A stretch of 20,000 nucleotides of DNA, taken from the sequence record DRR723986_2974; one strand, 5' to 3'. A model generated the notes under the pieces. The model made no database searches. It was given only the letters and a program-made list of their open reading frames with translations, and was not told the origin of the DNA. The position numbers were made by a program, and so were the translations under genes. Shown here piece by piece: positions 1-7,185 of this stretch (positions are counted from its first letter, which is position 1; the number at the start of each line of letters is the position of its first letter).

Positions 1-21
1 GCCGTTCACCTTCAATCTCAT
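1..21 (-). CDS. Possible 5' end of a minus-strand gene (MRLKVNG...) running off the window edge
   Basis: ATG at 21-19 with a weak GAG upstream; same orientation as the late operon; only 7 codons visible. Confidence 0.25.
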
Positions 22-419
22 GCCGTACTCTTTGTATTAGTGGTGCTTCCGATGAAAACTTCGGGGATAACTCCACAAAAAGCGGCATCATTTTCTGTCG
101 CCTATGAAACTTGTCTGGAATTCCGCGACGGAATGCCCAAGTATAATTTCATCTGCTGACCCCAGCGAGGCACCACCCTGGCCGGTGACACCCCAAGCTC
201 AGGGACCCAGCAGCCCATGCCCTAAAGGACTGCGCCGCCCCCATCCGATGGTGGGCACATGCGGCTCAGCAACCTGGGAAGCCACATGGGACGTGCCTGA
301 AGCGATCACGTGCAGCCGAAGGCGCCCCGATGCTGCGATGAACAGCGGGTTATCTGTTTGATCGTCCGGTAGTCACAACCCTTTCAGGGCTGTGCCGGCA
401 CGGCTCGGAGGGCACTTAG

Positions 420-509
420 ATGCATAAGACCTTCGTTACCGTGGTGATCAAGATCAACTTGGCCGCTTGCCTCTTCGGAGTTGCAGCGATTTTGAAGATC
501 CTGGTCTAA
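420..509 (+). CDS. 29-aa hydrophobic peptide MHKTFVTVVIKINLAACLFGVAAILKILV (type I toxin-like candidate); not in the ORF track
   Basis: GGAGG at 407-411, ATG 420, TAA 507-509, one hydrophobic helix, upstream hairpin, terminator immediately after. Confidence 0.7.
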   Translation: MHKTFVTVVIKINLAACLFGVAAILKILV

Positions 510-550
510 AACAGGGGGGTGTTGGCAGAAGCCAGCACCCTTTCTTGTTT
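509..550 (+). terminator. Intrinsic terminator, possibly bidirectional
   Basis: Stem GGGTGTTGGC (517-526) / GCCAGCACCC (531-540), AGAA loop, followed by TTTCTTGTTT and preceded by AAAAC. Confidence 0.75.
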
Positions 551-649
551 CAGGACCATTCTGAACATTGGGGAAATCTTCATTCATGGGTTGCCTCTTT
601 TAGAGGCGCTTAAGAAACTTCATGGGTTCACATCTTGAAGGAACCCGAA

Positions 650-838
650 ATGCCTATGATCAAAGTCTCGAAGCCGGGCACCCCCCTAATACCGGTTTAC
701 ATAAACACCGACCACATCATCACAGTCGAACAGGACGGAAACGGAGCCCGAATAGTTACAACCTCGAACAACGAGACAAGGGTAGATGTGATTAGAGTTC
801 TTGAAAGCCAAGCTCAGGTCGTGAGCCTCATCGGATAG
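650..838 (+). CDS. Small protein resembling the FlbD/SwrD family (PF06289-like), copy 1
   Basis: GAAGGA RBS before ATG 650. MIKV...VYINTDHIITVE...RIVTT...VLESQAQVVSLI matches the MIxL..(Y/V)LN.D.I..IE..T.IT...V.ES..E(V/I) pattern. Confidence 0.65.
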   Translation: MPMIKVSKPGTPLIPVYINTDHIITVEQDGNGARIVTTSNNETRVDVIRVLESQAQVVSLIG

Positions 839-879
839 GCCTAGGGAACTTCTGAAGCTTGGCTGGCGTTTGAAGAACC

Positions 880-1467
880 ATGGGCGCAACAATGATCGAC
901 GCACTGCTCGCAAAACTTGCTGATTTCATCAAAACAGCGCCAGTCGTTGCGTTGCCGCTCAGTTGCGCCAGCGGTCTCGCTATCTTCCTCAAGTCTATCG
1001 ATGTCATCCCGGGGATCAACGAAGAGGCTCTGGCTTACCTCTGGCTGTTCATGATCTTCATGGGCGCGGTCGCCGTTTCCGGTCTTCTCTCCTACACAAA
1101 GCCTGCCTTCGCATACCTTTACAAGCGCTATCAACAGCGTTCGGCGAGAATGAAGTTTCGTCAGCGCTTCATCGAAGATATCCCGCGCTTGACAGAAAGG
1201 GAGCGGACGATCTTCGGCTACCTGCGAGAAAAGAACCAGAAAACGTTTCAGGCACAACAGGACGGAGGACATGCAACTGCCCTAATCGCCAAGCGCTACA
1301 TTCATCTCATTGGAGTGCCTGGCCAAGCTTGCGATGTCTTCCGGATTCCGTTCAGTGTCCAGGACGATGTGTGGGAGATCATCACATCACGCCCCGAAGA
1401 CTTTCCTTACAAGCCCATAATACAAGGTAAAACCGAGCTTCTGCCATGGGTGGACAGAGCATGGTGA
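880..1467 (+). CDS. Superinfection-exclusion protein B (SieB)-like membrane protein
   Basis: Two N-terminal hydrophobic segments, a basic linker, then IPRLTERERTIFGYL...ATALIAKRYI, typical of SieB-family morons. Start may be ATG 892. Confidence 0.6.
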   Translation: MGATMIDALLAKLADFIKTAPVVALPLSCASGLAIFLKSIDVIPGINEEALAYLWLFMIFMGAVAVSGLLSYTKPAFAYLYKRYQQRSARMKFRQRFIEDIPRLTERERTIFGYLREKNQKTFQAQQDGGHATALIAKRYIHLIGVPGQACDVFRIPFSVQDDVWEIITSRPEDFPYKPIIQGKTELLPWVDRAW

Positions 1468-1511
1468 TCTTGTTTCCAGCAATCACCACCTCGTCTTGCA
1501 CTGCCCTGAAC

Positions 1512-1877
1512 TCAAGAAATCCAATTGTCCGTGAGCCAAGTACGGCCTTTCTGCGTGATCTGAAGAGCTTTCCGTCCATGCTCGTCGACCGTAAGTTCCA
1601 GTAGTCCCGCAGCCACGATGCTTCCAGCGGCTTGAGGTGTCAGGGTGTGGTCGCAGCACAGAATGAACTGGTCCGCGCAGAATGGGAGGAACGGCTTCCA
1701 CTCCACTCCCCAGGGCAACCACCCAGTTGCCATCGCTGACATAATCGTCCGCAACTTCCCGCTCGGGCGTATCTCGATATCTTGCCTGGACGGATCTGTG
1801 GCCACTGCAAGGAACTTGTCCCAATTCACATCTGTTTCACTTTGGTATTTGCCGATCTGATCTGTCTGCGTACTCAT
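1512..1877 (-). CDS. Hypothetical protein with a winged-helix-like C-terminus
   Basis: GAGGT RBS; C-terminal AAGLLELT...ALQITQKGRTWL resembles a wHTH wing and final helix. Confidence 0.65.
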   Translation of the reverse strand: MSTQTDQIGKYQSETDVNWDKFLAVATDPSRQDIEIRPSGKLRTIMSAMATGWLPWGVEWKPFLPFCADQFILCCDHTLTPQAAGSIVAAGLLELTVDEHGRKALQITQKGRTWLTDNWIS

Positions 1878-2007
1878 TCAGACCTCATAGCCCCCCCAGC
1901 AGTTAAGGTAACGGGAAGAACACCGGGGAAAACACGATAAATGGCTGGCTTCTATTGATGGCGCTTCAGAAACTGCATTCTGCAGAGACCATTCAAGGAG
2001 ATATTAC

Positions 2008-2208
2008 TTGGCTTTCATAAACTTGACTGACCGCACCAGCAAGGAGCTGATTGTGCTCAACTCCGATCACATCATTGCCATTCAAGAATCCTTCGACCAA
2101 GTAACTCGAATTACGACCACTGCAAAGTTGGATAACGGAGCAAGCTGGGTCATCTCGGTCGATGAAACTGCTGCCGAAATTACTCCCCTCATTAACCTAG
2201 AAGACTAG
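2008..2208 (+). CDS. Small protein resembling the FlbD/SwrD family, copy 2
   Basis: AAGGAG 7 nt before the TTG start. MAFINLT...IVLNSDHIIAIQE...TRITTT...VDETAAEITPLI aligns with 650..838. Confidence 0.7.
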   Translation: MAFINLTDRTSKELIVLNSDHIIAIQESFDQVTRITTTAKLDNGASWVISVDETAAEITPLINLED

Positions 2209-2356
2209 TCAACCGAGGGTCATCGAAACCGTTTCGCTAGTATAATGCGCCTGCCCGTTACGGCGCTTCGCGTTCCTTTGGAGGCGATTGCGGCTTTTGC
2301 TCAAACAATCGGTCTCTACTCGGTTTTGCCAACACGAGGTGGCCGGGCTGGGTATT

Positions 2357-2433
2357 TGGTTGCAGGGACGGGATTTGAACCCGTGACCTTCGGATTATGA
2401 GTCCGACGCGCTACCGGACTGCGCTACCCTGCT
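2357..2433 (-). tRNA. tRNA with CAU anticodon, tRNA-Met, initiator-like
   Basis: AGCAGGG TA GCGC AGTCCGGTA GCGC G TCGGA CT CAT AA TCCGA AGGTC ACGGG TTCAAAT CCCGT CCCTGCA A CCA: full 77-nt cloverleaf, encoded CCA, unpaired 1:72. Confidence 0.95.
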
Positions 2434-2718
2434 AAATTCTCGGCCCGGCTTCATAGCAATCCGAGGAGCTACCTCGGACCCCATCCACCGGGCCTCTCTC
2501 GCTGAGTGTTCTCTATGCAGGCCTTCCACCTGCTAGGATGCCGGGAGGTCGCCAGAGACCGCTTCTTGTCGTCGGGGCCAGGCATCTTCCCCTTGGTATA
2601 GCGGCCGGTTGCCACGCCGGCGTTCTGCTTCGGATATTTCCTCTGCGGGCTGTGAGCCGGGACTGTTCAGGATCGGGTCACGTACCCCAGGACCCCAGCT
2701 CCTCGTGACCAGATGCGC

Positions 2719-3249
2719 TCAAGCTGCATTTGTCGCGATGTTACGGTTTTTTATAGCCTGATCAGGCCTGAACCGGGACACCAAACTTTCATCTGCCTCT
2801 GCTGGAAAACACTTTTCTTTACAGAGTTTTATGATCAAAAGTTCGATTGCCTTATTAAATCTTCGGTTCAAGGTCCTCCGATCAATCTTCATCGCCTTCG
2901 CGATATCGCTCGAAGAGACATCATAAACCCATCCCCAGACCTTCACGGCAAGAGCCTTTCTGGCGTCCTCATCCTTGATGCCGGCCATCCACTGCCAGGT
3001 CTCCTCCATGCGGCTTACAGCGGCGGCCGAGGGCCTGGGCTGGCGGGAGCGCAATGGATCATCTGTCCGGATACCTTTGATGAGCTGCTCCTTGACCACC
3101 TCCCAGCGTTCCTCAAGGCTGGTTTCCGTTTCCGGCCAGAACGTTGTCGTCGTGCTCGGGCGAACCCCACGTGCTGAGGTCTGTTTCATAACGATCTGGG
3201 CCTCGATGAGCCGATCAATGATAAGAGCCTCGAAGTGTCCAATGCTCAT
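2719..3249 (-). CDS. DUF6362-like putative late-gene transcription regulator, at the position of lambda Q
   Basis: IDRLIEA..., WPE, RPSAAAVSRMEETWQW motif and C-terminal HTH (SSSDIAKAMKIDRRTLNRRFNKAI). Last gene of the early operon, directly before the tRNA. Confidence 0.75.
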   Translation of the reverse strand: MSIGHFEALIIDRLIEAQIVMKQTSARGVRPSTTTTFWPETETSLEERWEVVKEQLIKGIRTDDPLRSRQPRPSAAAVSRMEETWQWMAGIKDEDARKALAVKVWGWVYDVSSSDIAKAMKIDRRTLNRRFNKAIELLIIKLCKEKCFPAEADESLVSRFRPDQAIKNRNIATNAA

Positions 3250-3494
3250 GATATTCCCAGCCCTCTTTCAATCGCCTGTTTTCTGATCTTGGCCCACATC
3301 ACGTCGTCCGCCCATCGGCCTCGTGGTGTATCGCCATGACGGCGGCGCAACTGTCGGCGCCTGAGTTTCAATTCCTTGTCGACCAGCTTGTAGTGGTCTC
3401 CACAGATCCATTCCGAATACCGTCTGACAGGATCGCCCTTGCGGTCTCCTCGGGTGCGAAGGCAATGTGGAACACAGCATGGGAGTCTGGTCAT
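3246..3494 (-). CDS. Hypothetical 82-aa basic protein with a putative Zn site (CCVPHC...CGDH)
   Basis: ATG 3494 overlaps the upstream stop (ATGA); its stop overlaps the next ATG. Confidence 0.8.
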   Translation of the reverse strand: MTRLPCCVPHCLRTRGDRKGDPVRRYSEWICGDHYKLVDKELKLRRRQLRRRHGDTPRGRWADDVMWAKIRKQAIERGLGIS

Positions 3495-3865
3495 TGAAGT
3501 GTCTCCAGCCATGCAAGGATGCAGTTGTCCGCTGCATAGGAGTTCAGTGATCCCTCGATCCGCTGACGTATCTCCTTGATTGCGTAGAACAGGGCGTCGT
3601 CGCGGGTTTCGGCGAAGTTGTTCCACTTCCCGCCGACACGATAGCCCCACCCAGAAGTGCCTCTGTTGGCCTCGGTAGACCACATCCAGAGTCCTGACGG
3701 ATGACGGTGAAGCTCTATCTCTGCCTGGTTCCACGCCATTCTCGGATGCGGAAGGGTCAGTACCTCGTCTACAGGTCCCTTGACCACGCTGTCCTCGAGA
3801 TCAAAGTCCGGTACCACTGGCGGAGCGCGCATCACATCGAAGATGGAAAGCTGGTCTGAGGTCAT
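3491..3865 (-). CDS. Hypothetical phage protein
   Basis: ATGA-coupled at both ends; GAAGG RBS; N-terminal QLSIFD resembles a beta-clamp-binding motif. Confidence 0.8.
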   Translation of the reverse strand: MTSDQLSIFDVMRAPPVVPDFDLEDSVVKGPVDEVLTLPHPRMAWNQAEIELHRHPSGLWMWSTEANRGTSGWGYRVGGKWNNFAETRDDALFYAIKEIRQRIEGSLNSYAADNCILAWLETLQ

Positions 3866-4121
3866 TTGCCTTCATCCTCGTTTGTCATGTCCTGCTCAAA
3901 GGTCAGGAACCGTTCACCGGTCTCGTTGAGGAGGAGGATGGCCTTGCGGATATCGCTCCTGATCTCGTTCGCGATGTGGGCGAGCTGGAAGGCCTCTGCG
4001 GTCCCTTCATAGGTCGTGAACCTGTGACCACAGGCGCGGCAGGCCCTGCGCCGGCGAACTCCTTCTTGACCGGGCGGCTGTCGGTCACATCCGTTGTGCC
4101 GCCGCATCGCTCACACTTCAT
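3862..4121 (-). pseudogene. NrdR N-terminal-like Zn-ribbon protein split by a 1-nt frameshift near 4066
   Basis: Frame A gives MKCERCGGTTDVTDSRPV; frame B gives EGVRRRRACRACGHRFTTYE.... Joined, they match the NrdR pattern CxxC...DSR...RRRRxCxxCxxRFTTxE. Start and stop are both ATGA-coupled to neighbours. Confidence 0.75.
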
Positions 4122-4585
4122 GCCACCATGTCCTCCTGATCTTCCGGGTCCATAACCGGTTCGAAGAGCTGCTGCATGTACCCAGCCATGAGCACACGCT
4201 TGTCAGGGGCTCTGCCGTCCTTGCCTGGGGCTCGGTTCGCAAGCTTCCTGAGATAGTCGAGATCGACGGCGTCCATGAGGTCACAGAACTCACCCAGCCT
4301 TTCTCGCCATGACGGGAAGCGACAGAACAGGTCGCTGATCGCGCCGATGATCGCTCGGGTCAGATAGCACCGGTTGTTTTCGCTTTGCGTCAGAGCGTAG
4401 AGGACCGCCCAGGCATGATCCCTGCCGTGCAGGTTGATCATCTTCTGGATCTGCACCACGGCATTGGTCCGCGCTGGTGAGGTCGGCGAAAATCGCATCG
4501 GCACGTTCGCGGGCAGACATTCGATCGCCAGCTCCGTGCAAAGTGCTCTGGCCTCCGTTGTGTCCTTGATCTTTTCTGCCGGCAT
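4118..4585 (-). CDS. Hypothetical phage protein
   Basis: AGGAAGGA upstream, 155 aa, stop coupled to the next ATG. Confidence 0.8.
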   Translation of the reverse strand: MPAEKIKDTTEARALCTELAIECLPANVPMRFSPTSPARTNAVVQIQKMINLHGRDHAWAVLYALTQSENNRCYLTRAIIGAISDLFCRFPSWRERLGEFCDLMDAVDLDYLRKLANRAPGKDGRAPDKRVLMAGYMQQLFEPVMDPEDQEDMVA

Positions 4586-4772
4586 TTCTCAATTCCTTCC
4601 TGAGTTGAGCGTTTTCTGCCTTCAGGGATTGGTTCTCCGCATGCAGCAAGCGTGTCCTGGCCCGCTCGTGCTGGAACTCGTCTTCAATGGTGGCTCCCGG
4701 CAGGGCGACCTTCTTCTGCCAGTGTGCGAGACGCTGAGTGGCCTCAAGTATGATTGCGACATGATCGGTCAT
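4290..4772 (-). CDS. Coiled-coil hypothetical protein; only about the first 65 aa look protein-like, the rest overlaps 4118..4585
   Basis: ATG overlaps the dnaB stop; heptad LHAENQSLKAENAQLRKEL. Confidence 0.55.
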   Translation of the reverse strand: MTDHVAIILEATQRLAHWQKKVALPGATIEDEFQHERARTRLLHAENQSLKAENAQLRKELRNAGRKDQGHNGGQSTLHGAGDRMSARERADAIFADLTSADQCRGADPEDDQPARQGSCLGGPLRSDAKRKQPVLSDPSDHRRDQRPVLSLPVMARKAG

Positions 4773-6133
4773 AGGAAGGTCTCCCCAACATCATCATCTG
4801 GATCAGCAAAACGGGTGCGCTCCGGTACCCAGAAAAGCTCTCCGCTCATCTCTCGGCCTCTGCGCCGCTTACCGGAGCGAACCCAGACCTTGCCGTCCCA
4901 TTTGTCGATTATCGCTTGGGAGTCTTTGCCGCCGTTTACCTCTGCCCGGATCGCGGGTTGGTGCATCAGGAGGACCCAAGAGGCGACTTCGCAGAGATCC
5001 CCACCACCGAAGAGATCGAACTTGCTGAAGGATTCCCCGGACTTGTCGGCATAAGTCTGCTTGACCTGCGCCAGCGCCATGATCGGGACGTCCAAGGCCT
5101 TCGCCATGTTGTCGAGCTTCGGAGCCGAAGCCATGACCTTGGCAGCTCCTTCCAGCGATCTCTTTTCCTCGGGGTCGACATGCTTGATCGTGTCGATGAT
5201 CACCAAGCCACAGGCACCTTGCCGGTGCTTGAAGGACTGAATCCGGCTTCTGATGCGCGAGATCCGCATGTCGTTGGTGTAGGTGACCTCGAACGGAACA
5301 CCCTTCAATCGCTCTTTCGCGTTGTAGAGAGCCTCCAGTTCACTGGGTTGGATCTCCCCTTTCTCCACCCGCGACGACGACACCGACGCCATACCGAGAA
5401 CTTCTCGGCCGGCGACATCCTCATGACGCATCTCGGCCTGGATCATCAGGACCGGAAGACGTTTCGCGAAGTGCATGCCGATCTGCATGGCGAGGGCCGA
5501 CTTGCCATGACCGGACGGGCCGCCAAGGATGCCGAGATCCCCGCGGTGGACCATGCCCATGATCTTGTCGAGTTCCTTCAGGCCCCAGTCGCTGCCCATG
5601 GGCTCGTTGCGCTGGTAAGTTTTCTCGACATCAGAGAAGAACCGACCTGCGGCCTCGTAGAGATCGATGGTGTCAGGTGCTCGATTGCTGGAGATCTTGT
5701 CGGTCAAGTTCTTGATTGCACGCAGGGCGATCTCCTCACCGGTCCCCTGCCCGTCGTTCAATTCCTTCTGTATCTCGCCGAGGGCTTCCCAGAGCTGCCG
5801 TTTCTGGGCTTCGTCGACGATGATGCTGGCGAGATCGTCCAACGAGATATCGGAACCAGCCATCCGCATGCAGGTTGTCAGGAACGTGGGGATCGACGGC
5901 ACCCCGAAGGTCATGGGATCGACCTTGATGCGTTCCCGTACTGCAGCAGGTGAAATCAGAGTTCCGGCCTTGACCAGATCAGCCATCGCCTGCCACGTCG
6001 CCCGGGTGAGCTGGTTGGTGAAAGCGTCTGGCGCGACCTGGGGGGCATATTCAACCGCAGACATCGGGCTTTGAAGGATCAGACCGATCCATTCCGCTTC
6101 ACGCTCCGGGATACCTTGGATTCCGATTGTCAT
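4769..6133 (-). CDS. dnaB: DnaB-like replicative helicase
   Basis: N-terminal EREAEWIGLIL...F...W domain, Walker A GGPSGHGKS, QAEM, Walker B LVIID, ALAQ, KRRRG. ATG 6133 overlaps the primase stop. Confidence 0.93.
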   Translation of the reverse strand: MTIGIQGIPEREAEWIGLILQSPMSAVEYAPQVAPDAFTNQLTRATWQAMADLVKAGTLISPAAVRERIKVDPMTFGVPSIPTFLTTCMRMAGSDISLDDLASIIVDEAQKRQLWEALGEIQKELNDGQGTGEEIALRAIKNLTDKISSNRAPDTIDLYEAAGRFFSDVEKTYQRNEPMGSDWGLKELDKIMGMVHRGDLGILGGPSGHGKSALAMQIGMHFAKRLPVLMIQAEMRHEDVAGREVLGMASVSSSRVEKGEIQPSELEALYNAKERLKGVPFEVTYTNDMRISRIRSRIQSFKHRQGACGLVIIDTIKHVDPEEKRSLEGAAKVMASAPKLDNMAKALDVPIMALAQVKQTYADKSGESFSKFDLFGGGDLCEVASWVLLMHQPAIRAEVNGGKDSQAIIDKWDGKVWVRSGKRRRGREMSGELFWVPERTRFADPDDDVGETFL

Positions 6134-7185
6134 GCAGCTATCTCCCCACCGACGCGCATGCCGCCGTCGTATGCAAGGTTCCATTGTTCGAGGTGATCGA
6201 GCCCGTCGTCGGGCTGGGGATCAATTGCGCAGGTCACGTGTTGGGCCCGCATCTTCTCCAGAAGGGTGTCGGCTGCCTTCTTGCCCGGAGGCGGTTGCCA
6301 GACACCGTTCTTGACCTGCCATTGATCGGGATCAGGGAAGATGAGGACCCGCTCGACACCGAATGGCGGCTGGAAGTTGACCATCCCAGAGGTCGCCATG
6401 GTCGGCCAGATCGGGATCTCCCGCCAGTTCAGGTTCCAGGCTCCGTAGCCGGTTTCGACACCTTCACAGGTCCCCACAGTATCTGTGGCAGGAAACAAGC
6501 GGATTGCCCCACCGGTCTCCATGCACGGACCGAGACCCTTTTTGACCTTTTTCCCGGTTTCATCCCGGTAATTGGTGCCATCCTTGTTGAGAAATATCCG
6601 CCAGACACCGACGGGGTTTCCATCTGGTCCGGTGACAAGGCAAACAACACAGGGGAGTTTCAGGTTCTTGGTGTAATAAGCTTGCGGGTGGAATCTAATC
6701 TGTACGGAGTGGAAACCATCCCAACCTTTCACCCGGTTCTTGAAGTATGTTTCTGCCAATGTCGCATTGGCAGGAACGGATGACTTCCAGAGGTCCATGG
6801 CAAGCTCCTCCCGAAAGACCTTACTTCTCCGGTCCTTCTCCTCGGCGTCCCTCTGACGCTGCCGATAGGCGCGCTTGTCCTCTTCGGACACCTCCAATTC
6901 GCCGCCGAGCGATTGAACAGCTTCCTGGAAGGTGTACCCCTTCACTTGCTGCAGAAATTCTATGACGTCGCCGCTGGCGCCGCAGCCGAAACACTTGAAT
7001 GTCTGCCGGTGATCATCGCATTTGAAAGACGGTGACTTCTCGCTATGGAACGGGCAGCAAGCCCAGAATTCCTGCTTTGAGGGTTTTGTCTTCTTGCGGT
7101 CCCACGTAACGAAGGCGCCGACCACGGTGGAAATCGAGTTTCGGTCCTTGAGCGTCTGGATTTGGGGATTAGTGAACTTTTTCAT
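6130..7185 (-). CDS. DNA primase (CHC2 zinc finger + TOPRIM)
   Basis: CPFHSEKSPSF...FKCFGCGASGDVIEF zinc-binding domain; CEGVETG and FPDPD TOPRIM motifs; GGAIRL. Confidence 0.93.
   Translation of the reverse strand: MKKFTNPQIQTLKDRNSISTVVGAFVTWDRKKTKPSKQEFWACCPFHSEKSPSFKCDDHRQTFKCFGCGASGDVIEFLQQVKGYTFQEAVQSLGGELEVSEEDKRAYRQRQRDAEEKDRRSKVFREELAMDLWKSSVPANATLAETYFKNRVKGWDGFHSVQIRFHPQAYYTKNLKLPCVVCLVTGPDGNPVGVWRIFLNKDGTNYRDETGKKVKKGLGPCMETGGAIRLFPATDTVGTCEGVETGYGAWNLNWREIPIWPTMATSGMVNFQPPFGVERVLIFPDPDQWQVKNGVWQPPPGKKAADTLLEKMRAQHVTCAIDPQPDDGLDHLEQWNLAYDGGMRVGGEIAA

Noticed and set aside
104-587. ORFs 104..361 (+) and 384..587 (-)
   Set aside because: Non-protein-like sequence, better explained by structured RNA and the 29-aa peptide with its terminator.
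841-1272. Antisense ORF over the SieB-like gene as a third bridge
   Set aside because: It covers only part of the gene and is not coupled to neighbours; the frame is interrupted by CTA and TCA codons of the moron.
2280-2335. c-di-GMP-I riboswitch (GGCAAAACC...GCAAAAGCC)
   Set aside because: The P2 stem with GNRA loop and the tetraloop receptor are not formed.
2338-2350. 13-nt inverted match to 13621-13633 (GGTGGCCGGGCTG)
   Set aside because: Matches of this length are expected by chance in 20 kb of GC-rich DNA.
2320-2356. Theta/HDV-like ribozyme after the tRNA (CCACCTCGTG resembles L3)
   Set aside because: I could not build the P1/P2 nested double pseudoknot or place a cleavage-site G at the tRNA 3' end.
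2357-2433. tRNA as a prophage attachment site
   Set aside because: Phage-like genes lie on both sides; there is no integrase or duplicated 3' end in the window; the position matches phage-carried late tRNAs.
4916-6783. Long plus-strand ORFs (345 aa and 218 aa) opposite dnaB and the primase; similar ORFs at 9764..10573, 11736..12320, 12930..13823 and 18057..19214
   Set aside because: Shadow frames of GC3-rich genes, with no RBS or coupling and non-protein-like composition. They also show the background rate that tempers the bridge-ORF finding.
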